Of a DNA stretch of 64,000 nt, positions 29,476 through 38,572 are shown piece by piece. The notes under the pieces are model-generated. The model saw only the letters and a list, made by a program, of their open reading frames with translations, had not been told where the DNA came from and did no database searches. The DNA is from Pirellulaceae bacterium (GTDB taxonomy: Bacteria; Planctomycetota; Planctomycetia; Pirellulales; Pirellulaceae): contig JBJXFF010000201.1 in NCBI GenBank assembly GCA_046153945.1, positions 4,360 to 68,359 of the forward strand, written 5' to 3'. The number at the start of each line of letters is the position of its first letter. The stretch's first letter is position 1. The translations under genes were made by a program, and so were the position numbers.

Positions 29476-29859
29476 TTGCCGCTTCCCCTTGTACGAGTTC
29501 GAGTTATCCTTGATCCGCCAATGCGGAACTTTGCACGGTAATCCCTCAAAACATACCAATGTTAGCATGTAATTCAAGCAGTTTGGGAAGAATTTGCCGC
29601 TAGGATAAACTGAGCATGTTGCGGTGAATCGGAAAGTTTTGTACCGCAATGTCGATAGTCATTACCTAGCAGTTACAGCCCGACTTTCCGTCATAAAGCG
29701 TTGTCAATTCTCAACTTTCTGCCCCAACACCCTCCTTTCGGGTCGGTTCAATCGTCGATTTGTTTTGCCAATTTGGTTACATTCAGCACAGAGTTGCCTT
29801 TGCTCTTGCCGCCGCTGGAGTCCAAAAGAACAGTCCCCCCTCCGACCCATTTATCCCCA

Positions 29860-30723
29860 ATGTCCCAACTCCTTCGCAATTTGGCCATTCTTGGGCTCGC
29901 CACACTGGCGACCAGTATCGCCGCAGCGCAGGAGGGGGGGGTGTCGGCTGAGCATCATCCCTGGGGACGTTTTCCCAAGGGTTCGTGGAAACTCACACGG
30001 GTGATCACTGAGATTCTGGACCCGCTGGGAAATGTCACTGCCACCACAATCACGGAAACCAGAACCACTTTGATTGACGCGAATGCCACGACCTATACCC
30101 TGCGTTATGAAGTGACGACGGAGTCGTTGGGCAAACGATTTGTCGGCGCGCCTCAGACCAAAGTTCTGGGCTACAGCGGCAATGCCGCGGGTGAGCCGGT
30201 GACGGCTAAGAAGATTGGCAATGCGGAGGTCGAGGTCAATGGCCGCAAAATCCCCTGTGAGGTGCGTCAGATTCAAATTGAGAGGATGGGAACGAAGCCC
30301 GAGGTAATCATGGTCAGCTTCAATCCCACGGTTTCCCCCTATGTCCTCCGCAAGGAAGGGACCGCCACTGCCGCGGCGGAAGGACCCAAGATTTCCACCA
30401 CTGTGGAAGTCATGGCTCTCGCCCCTTGCAAGGTGCTCGCGGATCGTCGCAATGCAGCGTTCATCCGCACCATCGAAAAACGCGAGGACTTGACCATCAC
30501 GACCATGGAGACGACCTGCGATGACATTCCCGGTGGCGAGGTCGCCCGTTCTTCCCAGGAACAGAATGCCGAGAACAAGCCGCTGCGCCGCACAACCCTG
30601 GAGTTACTGGACTTTCACGTCGGCAACGAGCGGCCCGACGAAGCTTGGGGAGGTCGCCGCCGGGTGCTGCACCGCTCCCGCCCTCGGCGCGGAGAGGAAA
30701 TGCAGCCCTCCCCCCGCCGGTAG
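29860..30723 (+). CDS. secreted hypothetical protein
   Basis: Start ATG 29860 (MSQLLRNLAILGLATLATSIAAAQ signal peptide). No family recognised. Confidence 0.55.
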   Translation: MSQLLRNLAILGLATLATSIAAAQEGGVSAEHHPWGRFPKGSWKLTRVITEILDPLGNVTATTITETRTTLIDANATTYTLRYEVTTESLGKRFVGAPQTKVLGYSGNAAGEPVTAKKIGNAEVEVNGRKIPCEVRQIQIERMGTKPEVIMVSFNPTVSPYVLRKEGTATAAAEGPKISTTVEVMALAPCKVLADRRNAAFIRTIEKREDLTITTMETTCDDIPGGEVARSSQEQNAENKPLRRTTLELLDFHVGNERPDEAWGGRRRVLHRSRPRRGEEMQPSPRR

Positions 30724-30760
30724 ATGACGCACTCAAACGAGGCCCCAGGACGAAGCGGAC

Positions 30761-30988
30761 ATGAGATTCATCGAGATGACCGGCAAGACCTTGCAGGAGA
30801 TCGTCAACGACGACGAGTTGCATGTGGACGACCTGGCTAGCGCGGGAGTTCACAGCGATACGTTCGTCCGAATCAATGAGCAAGGTGACATTGAAGCACG
30901 ACGGGCCGACCGCTGGGATGTCATCGGCGGCTTGCTGGGGAACTATGTCCCGCGCATCCGCAAGAAAACGGGGCTGGATTACGCTTGA
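30761..30988 (+). CDS. hypothetical small protein
   Basis: ATG verified. 75 aa, acidic. No family recognised. Confidence 0.4.
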   Translation: MRFIEMTGKTLQEIVNDDELHVDDLASAGVHSDTFVRINEQGDIEARRADRWDVIGGLLGNYVPRIRKKTGLDYA

Positions 30989-31011
30989 TGCTGGGTTTTG
31001 TTGGAGTCGCT

Positions 31012-31575
31012 TCAGGGGTGGCGATTCTTGGCGGACGCCCACATTCCGCGTCCTGCTCTCTTCGCTTCCTTCTCGGCTTTGACGAAGTTCTTGTGCATCG
31101 TTTGGTTATCGCCCGGATAGAGATCGGCCTTAGCGAAGCCAGCGCGGATGACTTCCTCATTGAGCAGGCGACCATCGACGTAAACATACCCCAGAAAATG
31201 ACCGTCGCTATCGAGCCGCCGTCGATCCAAGTCGAGTGACGGAGACCCCGAACTCAGAAACTCGCTGGTGAACTCCCCTCCCTCGTTAGATGGTGCCAGC
31301 GACTTGACCCCGATCAGTTGCAGGGGCGCTTCGAGCGGCCTAAGTGAATCCGTACCGAGCACTGGAACCTGTTGGCGAACAATCAGCAAATCGGTCCGCT
31401 CGACGCGCACGACTTCGAGTTCTCCGGCCACAGGTTGACCCGAAAGGGAACTTCCTTCGGCGGCATGACGAAAGGCGCTCTCGTCCCAGCCCCACCAATA
31501 CCGGGCGGCGATACCTGCGCAAGCAATCGCGCATAGCCATACCGACCAGGATGGATAGCGACGAAACTGGCGCAT
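31012..31575 (-). CDS. membrane-anchored staphylococcal-nuclease (SNase/OB-fold)-like protein
   Basis: N-terminal TM helix. The C-terminal part DGHFLGYVYVDGRLLNEEVIRAGFAKA...KEAKRAGRGMW aligns with the thermonuclease core. Confidence 0.65.
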   Translation of the reverse strand: MRQFRRYPSWSVWLCAIACAGIAARYWWGWDESAFRHAAEGSSLSGQPVAGELEVVRVERTDLLIVRQQVPVLGTDSLRPLEAPLQLIGVKSLAPSNEGGEFTSEFLSSGSPSLDLDRRRLDSDGHFLGYVYVDGRLLNEEVIRAGFAKADLYPGDNQTMHKNFVKAEKEAKRAGRGMWASAKNRHP

Positions 31576-31620
31576 AAGACAGTCCCAGCAATGACGGCCA
31601 CTCAGCGACCTGTTGAGAGC

Positions 31621-31926
31621 CTAGTTCTTGCTAAAGCCGAGTGCCGGCTTGGCTTCGCGTCCCAGCGGGTTCCCCACGAACTTGCGATAGCACTGCGGGC
31701 AGAGGTCGAAGCGGCGGCGCTGATAGATGTCCTCGCCGATCTCGTCCTCGCACTCATCCGGCGTGCTGTCCAGAATATCCTCAATTTCTACAAGGTGGTC
31801 CCGATCTTCATCGGGCTCCTGCTCGCAGGCGGGATCCATCGCGGCCTGAATTTCGATTTTCACCACGTACCGCAGATCATCGGCGGCGAGTTTGCATCTA
31901 CAGCGGTCGCAACTGTAATGAATCAT
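31621..31926 (-). CDS. acidic zinc-ribbon protein
   Basis: Start ATG 31926 (MIHYSCDRCRCKL). A second CxxC (CPQCYRKF) lies about 70 aa downstream, with an acidic linker between them. Confidence 0.5.
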   Translation of the reverse strand: MIHYSCDRCRCKLAADDLRYVVKIEIQAAMDPACEQEPDEDRDHLVEIEDILDSTPDECEDEIGEDIYQRRRFDLCPQCYRKFVGNPLGREAKPALGFSKN

Positions 31927-32200
31927 AAAGAACCGGTGGTAGCGAGGAATGACGAGCGGAAGTTGGAACGCTTCCGCCAGAATGAGGCAACCCTTGCATC
32001 CTAATGCGCCGGCGCAAAAACTGGCAAGTCGAGCGCGAAAGAAAGATGAGGCGAGTTTCAAGATTTTTTGCGGACGCTATTGACTTGGGACGGCTAGCGA
32101 GACTTTGCGGCAGGGGTCTCGGCAGGAACTGCGGCAGGCGGATTCGATGGCAATTGTCTTTGCGGCTTGTGTCCTGCGGACGGCGAGCGGATAATGAGCA

Positions 32201-33274
32201 GTGGAGATTTCACTCATGTCGTTCGCTGCTGCCTCCCTTTCGGAGGCCGTTCCCCACGATCAAATGCTCAGGCGGCGAATTCCGGCCTGGCTGTTGTCGC
32301 TCACGCTGCACCTGACAGCAGTGCTGGTGGGAACTCTGCTGGTTCGCGGTACGCAGTTGCCCGCCACGGGGGAGGAATCCGCTCGGCCGGCGGCAATCGT
32401 GTTGGCCCAACGAACAGAGAGCACGACAACCAACTACTTTACGCCGGAAGATCTGCACAAGGGAGAAAGCGAAGCGGCTGCTGCGGCGACTTCACCGTTG
32501 AGTTCCTCCGAATTCTCAGACTCTTTGCCGACAGCGGCGGAATCTCCGCCGCCTTCAACGGTCGTCCGCTTGCCGGAATTGCCCGGTCGCCTGGCACCCA
32601 GCGGAGAGACGATTGTCCTCAAGCCACAATCATCTGGCACTAAGGGACGGTCGATTTCGCATCTGACGGAAGCAGACAAAGCAGCCATCCTGGCGGAAGA
32701 TGCGGCCAGGCCGCGCGTCAAAGGTCCAACTGGACCGGCGGCAAAGGTTTCCTTGTTCGGCTCCCACGAGGCGGTGGGCCACTCGTTTGTGTTTCTCATC
32801 GACCGCTCCCAAAGCATGGGGGGTGACGGTCTGGGAGCCATCGAAGCTGCTGCCAAAGAACTTGCAACCTCAGTTGCGGCATTGGAAGAGACGCACAAGT
32901 TTCAAGTCATCGCCTACAATCAGAAGCCGCTCTACCTCACCGCGCGGGAAATGCTGCCGGCGACTACGGGAAACAAGCAGCAACTGATTGATTTCGTAAA
33001 GAATCTTCCGGCATTTGGTGCGACCGAGCACGAAGTCGGAATCTATGCCGCCCTCAAGCTCAAGCCGGATGCTATTTTTCTGCTGACCGATGGTGGCGAC
33101 CCTATGTTAAATGCGGGACAAATTAAGAACATTCGCGCGGCGGCGAAAGGGACTGCCATTCACTCCCTCCATTTCGGCTCCGGAGCGAAAGGGGATGAGC
33201 GGAGCTTTTTGGAGACTCTCGCGGAATATACCGGCGGCAGCTACCTCTATATCGACATGGCGGACCGGCGATGA
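32201..33274 (+). CDS. membrane-anchored von Willebrand factor A domain protein
   Basis: TM helix (WLLSLTLHLTAVLVGTLLV). MIDAS motif FVFLIDRSQSMGG and LLTDGGD. The start is GTG 32201 or ATG 32216. Confidence 0.75.
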   Translation: MEISLMSFAAASLSEAVPHDQMLRRRIPAWLLSLTLHLTAVLVGTLLVRGTQLPATGEESARPAAIVLAQRTESTTTNYFTPEDLHKGESEAAAAATSPLSSSEFSDSLPTAAESPPPSTVVRLPELPGRLAPSGETIVLKPQSSGTKGRSISHLTEADKAAILAEDAARPRVKGPTGPAAKVSLFGSHEAVGHSFVFLIDRSQSMGGDGLGAIEAAAKELATSVAALEETHKFQVIAYNQKPLYLTAREMLPATTGNKQQLIDFVKNLPAFGATEHEVGIYAALKLKPDAIFLLTDGGDPMLNAGQIKNIRAAAKGTAIHSLHFGSGAKGDERSFLETLAEYTGGSYLYIDMADRR

Positions 33275-34311
33275 ATCCGTTTCTCACCGTCCCTCCCCGG
33301 CCGCAGGAAGAGTTGCTGCTGGAACTGGCTCCGTCCACCGCCGGCAAACGGGTTCTCTGTAACACTGCCGGCCGCGGACAGTTCGCGCTGGCGGCAACCG
33401 CGCACGCTGCCCATGTCAGTTGCCATTTTCTCGACCTTTATCACTTGCACCAATGCCGCACGACTGCCGGTGAAGTTCCCGCTAACTTGAGTCTCGTCTG
33501 CGAAGCGGATTTTGCGACTGGGCCGTTCGATCTCGCAGCTCTCTCTTTCAGTAAGCAAGGGGACGGCGAGCTCGTCCGCGACTTATTGCAGCAAGGCCAT
33601 GAGCGGCTCGAAATCGGCGGACGACTAGCCGTTACTACCGACAACCCCGAAGACTCGTTCCTGCACGACGAACTGCGAAAGCTATTCGCCAAGGTCACTC
33701 GCCGCCCGAGTTCCACGGGCGTACTGTACCTGGCGACAAAAACCGAGCCCCTCCGCAAGGTCAAAAACTTTGCCTGCGAGTTCCCATTCCGCGACGGCGA
33801 GCGGCTCATCGAGCTTCGCACCCGTCCCGGCGTTTTCAGCCATCGGCGGCTGGATGGAGGTGCGCGGGCGATTGTCAACGAAATGCAAATTAAGCCGGGG
33901 ATGAGGATGCTGGACCTTGGTTGCGGCAGCGGGGCCGTCGCGGCAGCCGCGGCACTGCGGGCCGAAAACGTGCAGGTCAGTGCCGTCGATTCCAATCCGC
34001 GGGCGGTGGAAGCGACAGCCTGGTCGGCGACTAGGAACAATGTTGCCAATTTGCAAGTCGCCCTCGACTGCGATGGTTCCAGTGTGACGGACGAAGCGTT
34101 CGACCTAGTGCTGGCCAACGCCCCGTACTTTTCCAACTTCCGAATCGCGGAACATTTTGCCAGAACTGCCGCCCGCGCGCTTAAAACCGGAGGCCTCGCC
34201 CTCTTCGTCACTAAAACTCCCGGCTGGTATGTGGAGCGGCTTCCTAAATGGTTTTCGAGCGTGGAACCGAGGCCAGGGAAGAATTACACGATTGTGGCGG
34301 CCACAAAGTGA
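33271..34311 (+). CDS. two-domain class I SAM-dependent methyltransferase (RsmC/RlmG-like)
   Basis: Its ATG overlaps the VWA stop (ATGA). MLDLGCGSGAVA SAM motif and VLANAPYF (an NPPY-type motif) in the C-terminal half. The N-terminal half is a degenerate methyltransferase domain. Confidence 0.75.
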   Translation: MNPFLTVPPRPQEELLLELAPSTAGKRVLCNTAGRGQFALAATAHAAHVSCHFLDLYHLHQCRTTAGEVPANLSLVCEADFATGPFDLAALSFSKQGDGELVRDLLQQGHERLEIGGRLAVTTDNPEDSFLHDELRKLFAKVTRRPSSTGVLYLATKTEPLRKVKNFACEFPFRDGERLIELRTRPGVFSHRRLDGGARAIVNEMQIKPGMRMLDLGCGSGAVAAAAALRAENVQVSAVDSNPRAVEATAWSATRNNVANLQVALDCDGSSVTDEAFDLVLANAPYFSNFRIAEHFARTAARALKTGGLALFVTKTPGWYVERLPKWFSSVEPRPGKNYTIVAATK

Positions 34312-34341
34312 TGCCATGTGGTGCGGATTGCTAATGCCGAC

Positions 34342-35907
34342 TCAGCGCCGAAAGTTGCTGAGCCCAAAGTGAGTCTCTAATCGGTGAATGCACACTTCGA
34401 CGGCGGGGCCAATATCGTTCGCGGCCAGCTTCCCTTCGTCGCAGAGAATTTGGGCCAGACCCTCCAGCATCAGTCGATCAAGCTGCGGGTCATACAGCAG
34501 CATCAGCCGCCGTTCCACAAGATCACCGAGCGTCGTCACCCATTCCTCCCGAATGATCCGGCGAACCGCCTCCTCCCATCTCCCCAACTCTCCGTCTCTC
34601 TGTCTCTCCTTCTCTAGCACGCCCCCCGCGATAACCCTCGCCCGCGAGTTCCGCACGTCACCCGCACTTTCCCCCAGCCGCCCCAACACTGCTGCGGCGG
34701 TCTCTTCCGCGAGCGAGCGGCAGGTGGTGAGCTTGCCGCCGACCAGGGAGAGGAGCGGAATGGGGGACTCCTCGTTCCAAACAAGCTGATGCCGCCGCGT
34801 GATGGCGGCCGTGGTTTTGGCATCGACGTGTGGCAGCGGGCGAACGCCGCTGTAATGCCAGGCGATGTCGCTGCGATCTAGGCTTGCGGCAGGAAAGATG
34901 TTGGCGACAACGTTCACGAGGTAGTCGAGCTCTTCGTCCGTGGCCACCGCCGTTGCCGGATCGCCGTTGAAAGGCAAATCGGTCGTGCCGACGAGCGTCC
35001 CTTCCGCCAGCGGCAGCAGAAAAACCGGTCGGCCATCGGCCGCTTCGGTGTAAATGCCGTTGCCGCCGAGCATCTCTTTGAGTTGTGGATGCCAGGTGAA
35101 GAAATGGCTCCCCTTGGTTCCCCCCATCAAACGGCGGGACGGCAGCGGCAGCTTTTGCAGCGTCTCATCCACCCAGGCCCCGGTGGCGTTGATGATGGCG
35201 GATGGCTGGAAGGAGAGGATCGGCTTGTCATCGGACTCGTGGTTCGCTTTCGTGATGTGGACGATGTCTTTCTCAAGTCGCGCGCGATGGTACGTCAACA
35301 CTTGCAGCGTGCAGCCATTCTCGTCGGCGGCTTTCTGGGCATCGCGCAGCAAGGCGACAACGAATCGTTCGGGGAAAGCAATTTGAGCGTCCGAATAGGC
35401 GGCCAACCATGCTCCCGCGGAAGGTGAAACCGGCGGCACTCCGGGCTCTTTCAAACTGTGGATGCTCCGCAGCGGCAAAGTCTTGTCCTGGGCGTAAGTG
35501 TCGTACATCCAGAGGCCCGTCCGGACCAGCGCCAGGCCGCGAGGTTCGGGCTTGCCTCCGCCTCCCAGCCCCAAGAACTTCGTCGCCGATTGCCATAGCC
35601 CGCCCAACTGGCTCTGCACGGGAATGAACAGCCGCAGCGGGCGGACGAAGTCCGGCGCGAGTTGCAGCAGGCGAGTCCGCTCCGCCAGCGACTCCTTCAC
35701 CAGACTGAACTCGCCGTATTCCAGATACCGGAGGCCGCCGTGAATGAGCCGCGAGGAATAGGCCGTCGCTCCAGACGCCAGGTCCGCCTGGTCTACCAGC
35801 AGCACGCTGTGGCCGTTAAGCGTCAATTCCCTCGCCGCCGCCGCCCCGTTGATACCGCCGCCGAGAATGAGAATGGGGCGGTCGAGGGAGAAGGGGGCCT
35901 CAGGCAT
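34342..35907 (-). CDS. glpD: FAD-dependent glycerol-3-phosphate dehydrogenase
   Basis: ILILGGGINGAAAARE dinucleotide fold and SSRLIHGGLRYLEYGEF. Confidence 0.9.
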   Translation of the reverse strand: MPEAPFSLDRPILILGGGINGAAAARELTLNGHSVLLVDQADLASGATAYSSRLIHGGLRYLEYGEFSLVKESLAERTRLLQLAPDFVRPLRLFIPVQSQLGGLWQSATKFLGLGGGGKPEPRGLALVRTGLWMYDTYAQDKTLPLRSIHSLKEPGVPPVSPSAGAWLAAYSDAQIAFPERFVVALLRDAQKAADENGCTLQVLTYHRARLEKDIVHITKANHESDDKPILSFQPSAIINATGAWVDETLQKLPLPSRRLMGGTKGSHFFTWHPQLKEMLGGNGIYTEAADGRPVFLLPLAEGTLVGTTDLPFNGDPATAVATDEELDYLVNVVANIFPAASLDRSDIAWHYSGVRPLPHVDAKTTAAITRRHQLVWNEESPIPLLSLVGGKLTTCRSLAEETAAAVLGRLGESAGDVRNSRARVIAGGVLEKERQRDGELGRWEEAVRRIIREEWVTTLGDLVERRLMLLYDPQLDRLMLEGLAQILCDEGKLAANDIGPAVEVCIHRLETHFGLSNFRR

Positions 35908-37258
35908 GATTAGGGGCCTTATCGTCCGAGGGTGAACTCCCCCAGAAAAGCAAAGCTACACAGCCAACGAGAGGGACCATGCCCGCAAAGAAAAGGGCCG
36001 AACCATAACTGCCGGTCGCTTTGACGGTGTTCCCAACCCATTCTTGCATATAGGACGACGCAATCCAGGTAATGCAGCCAAGCGTTCCAGTCACTAGCCC
36101 TTGATGCTTTTTGGAAATCTCCTGCGTGAGGGAATAAAACGGCGGAAAGAGCCCCAGCGACCCGAAGCCAATCACGAGAAAGCTGGCGAGGAGCAGCCAG
36201 CCTTTCGGAAGTGAGCCGGCGAACATGCTCGCCATCGTGAGCACTGCGCAGACCACGAACGCCAGACTACGTGCGGCGTGGGGTGACCAGCCTCGCTTTT
36301 GTGCCAGGTGTTTGGAAAGCATTCCAGCCGCGATGCAGCCGACGTCCGCCACCAGAAAATATCCCGCTCGAAACCAAGGAATAAAGTCTTCCTCATAGCC
36401 GCGGCGATCGAGAATGAGCGGCATCCAGGCGCGGAAGAACTGCCAGGTCAGGTTGATCGGAATGACAATTGCCAGCAGCACCAGGAAGCGGCGAATCGTC
36501 GCCACTCCTACCGCGGAAGTCCAGTTGATGCGGGAATTCTGATCTGCCGTACCGGTCTCAAGCTGCAAAGACTCCGGCTCGCGCTGCAAGTCCGCTTTGC
36601 GGATGAGCAGTAGCCACGGAATAATCCAAAGCATCCCGATGAACCCAATGGCCTGAAAGGCGGATCGCCAACTGCCGGTTTGCGAAGACACGACAAAGTA
36701 GATGACGATGGGCGTGAGCACGGCTCCAACGGAAGCGCCACTTTGCAGCAGGCCGTTGCCAAAGGTCCGGTCACGGGCCGAGAGAATCCGCTGGGTAGTG
36801 ATCAGTGCGCAGGGCCAATGCCCCGCTTCGAAGAAGCCGAGCACGATGCGGCAGGTGTACAGTCCCAGGAAAGCCGTGCGCGAGTTTACGTATTTCGTCT
36901 GCGTGGCCAGTTCCGGATCGAGCAGCCACGGAAAGTATCTGACCAGAATTTCGCCGATGGAGTCTCCATAGGCAGTCGCAATACCGGCGGCGGACCAACC
37001 AATGAGCACCGCCGGATAGAGCCAGCGAATGCTGACGCGGTCGGCAACCATCCCGAGGACGATCGCCCCGAGCGCGAAGGCGAGGCCGAAACCCTTTTCC
37101 ATCTGGCCGTAGTGCGTCTCATCCAGGTCCAACTCGGTCAGGATGGGTTTAATGGACTCGGCCAGCGTTTGCCGGTCCATGTACATCAGCATGGTAGCCA
37201 GGAAGAGGAGGCCGCAGATGGTCCATTTCCAGGCGGGGGGACGAGTCGTGGTTTCCAT
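35900..37258 (-). CDS. MFS transporter
   Basis: About 12 TM helices. Start ATG 37258 (METTTRPPAWKW) overlaps the upstream stop by 1 nt (TAATG). Its stop overlaps the glpD start by 8 nt. Confidence 0.85.
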   Translation of the reverse strand: METTTRPPAWKWTICGLLFLATMLMYMDRQTLAESIKPILTELDLDETHYGQMEKGFGLAFALGAIVLGMVADRVSIRWLYPAVLIGWSAAGIATAYGDSIGEILVRYFPWLLDPELATQTKYVNSRTAFLGLYTCRIVLGFFEAGHWPCALITTQRILSARDRTFGNGLLQSGASVGAVLTPIVIYFVVSSQTGSWRSAFQAIGFIGMLWIIPWLLLIRKADLQREPESLQLETGTADQNSRINWTSAVGVATIRRFLVLLAIVIPINLTWQFFRAWMPLILDRRGYEEDFIPWFRAGYFLVADVGCIAAGMLSKHLAQKRGWSPHAARSLAFVVCAVLTMASMFAGSLPKGWLLLASFLVIGFGSLGLFPPFYSLTQEISKKHQGLVTGTLGCITWIASSYMQEWVGNTVKATGSYGSALFFAGMVPLVGCVALLFWGSSPSDDKAPNHA

Positions 37259-38016
37259 TACCCGTGCCACGACTTCCCGTCCCAGGCCAGGACTTTTTCC
37301 AGCAGGTTGATGACGTCGGCGGAGAGGGTGCGGAAGATCACTTCTCCCTTTTCGGCGGTGGCGTGCCGCGGGTTTCCAATGTGGCCGGGTTCGGTCCGGT
37401 CCTTGGTAATCCAACCGCGATGAGCGGGCTCAAAGACCCCGCCGAATTCAATCGGCTGCAATTTGCTGAGGTCGCCGACGAGGTGCGGGTTGAGGCGGAG
37501 CATCATCGAAGTTTCCCATTCACAGGCGTGCCCCATTTGCTGCTGCTTGATGTTTTTGTCCTGCTCGTGCGGCTTGCCGCCGAGGGTCCAGTAGGTGGTG
37601 GTGATGAGACAGAGGTCGCTCCGATGACGGTACTTCTGCCGCAGCTCAAAGATGGCTTGCTGGGAGGGGACGATGTTGCCGCCGTGGCCGTTCACTAGCA
37701 CAATTCGGGTGAAATTGTGGAACAAGAAGTTCTCCACCATGTCCCGCAGCACATCGAGGTAGACCCGCGGAGCGGCTGACATGCTGCCGGGAAAGTCGAG
37801 ATGGTGCTCGGAATTCCCCAGCCACATCAGCGGCGTGAAGAGGACGCGGTCACCGATTATCTCGCTTACTCGGCGGATGATTTCGCCGCAGAGCATGCTA
37901 TCCGTAAACAGCGGCATGTGCCGGCCATGCTGCTCCAGGGCGGCGATGGGAATAACGATGGGAGTAGTGCGCGGCAAGGCGGCCACATCGGGCCATTTAA
38001 GGTCGGTGAGGTTCAT
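37258..38016 (-). CDS. creatininase-family amidohydrolase
   Basis: LEQHGRHMPLFTD, VNGHGGN and HACEWETSMM metal-binding motifs. Confidence 0.8.
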   Translation of the reverse strand: MNLTDLKWPDVAALPRTTPIVIPIAALEQHGRHMPLFTDSMLCGEIIRRVSEIIGDRVLFTPLMWLGNSEHHLDFPGSMSAAPRVYLDVLRDMVENFLFHNFTRIVLVNGHGGNIVPSQQAIFELRQKYRHRSDLCLITTTYWTLGGKPHEQDKNIKQQQMGHACEWETSMMLRLNPHLVGDLSKLQPIEFGGVFEPAHRGWITKDRTEPGHIGNPRHATAEKGEVIFRTLSADVINLLEKVLAWDGKSWHG

Positions 38017-38099
38017 AATTCAGGAGTCAGGGGACAGGAGACTGGGGTCAGAGTTTAAAGACGTGTCACCAGCTTACGCGATAGAGCGCGCCCAGAAAA

Positions 38100-38552
38100 C
38101 TAACCCACAGAAGCGACTTGTTTCACAACCGTTGGGCCACCCCCGGGTGCCATCGCCAGCCAAGTGCCAAGAAAGATTCCCAGCGGCATCAGCACGAGAT
38201 TGGCTAGCTCAAACCACAAGGGATAGGGGAGCATCAGCAGGTTGGCAATTACGGCAAGAAGCAAGAGCAAGCCGATAGCCGCGCCGTGAGCATAATGGCG
38301 ATAGGCTCCTAGACGTGTCGCCAACCAGGTGCTGATGAACGCCGTCAGTCCCCAAGAGACGGCAGCAATTGCGAGCAACCACTGCGGGTAGCTGGCAAAA
38401 AAATCCGTGCAGGCTTCCTTGTCGTGGAGATCCATGCCGGGTGGCATAGGATGAATAACGGCGCTGACCACTTCAATGGCAACGACAAACACAAACGCGG
38501 CGGCCATACTGACCGCCACTGCAAGTACGCTCCAAAAAATGGACTTTACCAT
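38100..38552 (-). CDS. hypothetical membrane protein
   Basis: ATG verified. Four predicted TM helices. No family recognised. Confidence 0.5.
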   Translation of the reverse strand: MVKSIFWSVLAVAVSMAAAFVFVVAIEVVSAVIHPMPPGMDLHDKEACTDFFASYPQWLLAIAAVSWGLTAFISTWLATRLGAYRHYAHGAAIGLLLLLAVIANLLMLPYPLWFELANLVLMPLGIFLGTWLAMAPGGGPTVVKQVASVG

Positions 38553-38572
38553 GATCTCATCCCACTAAAGGT

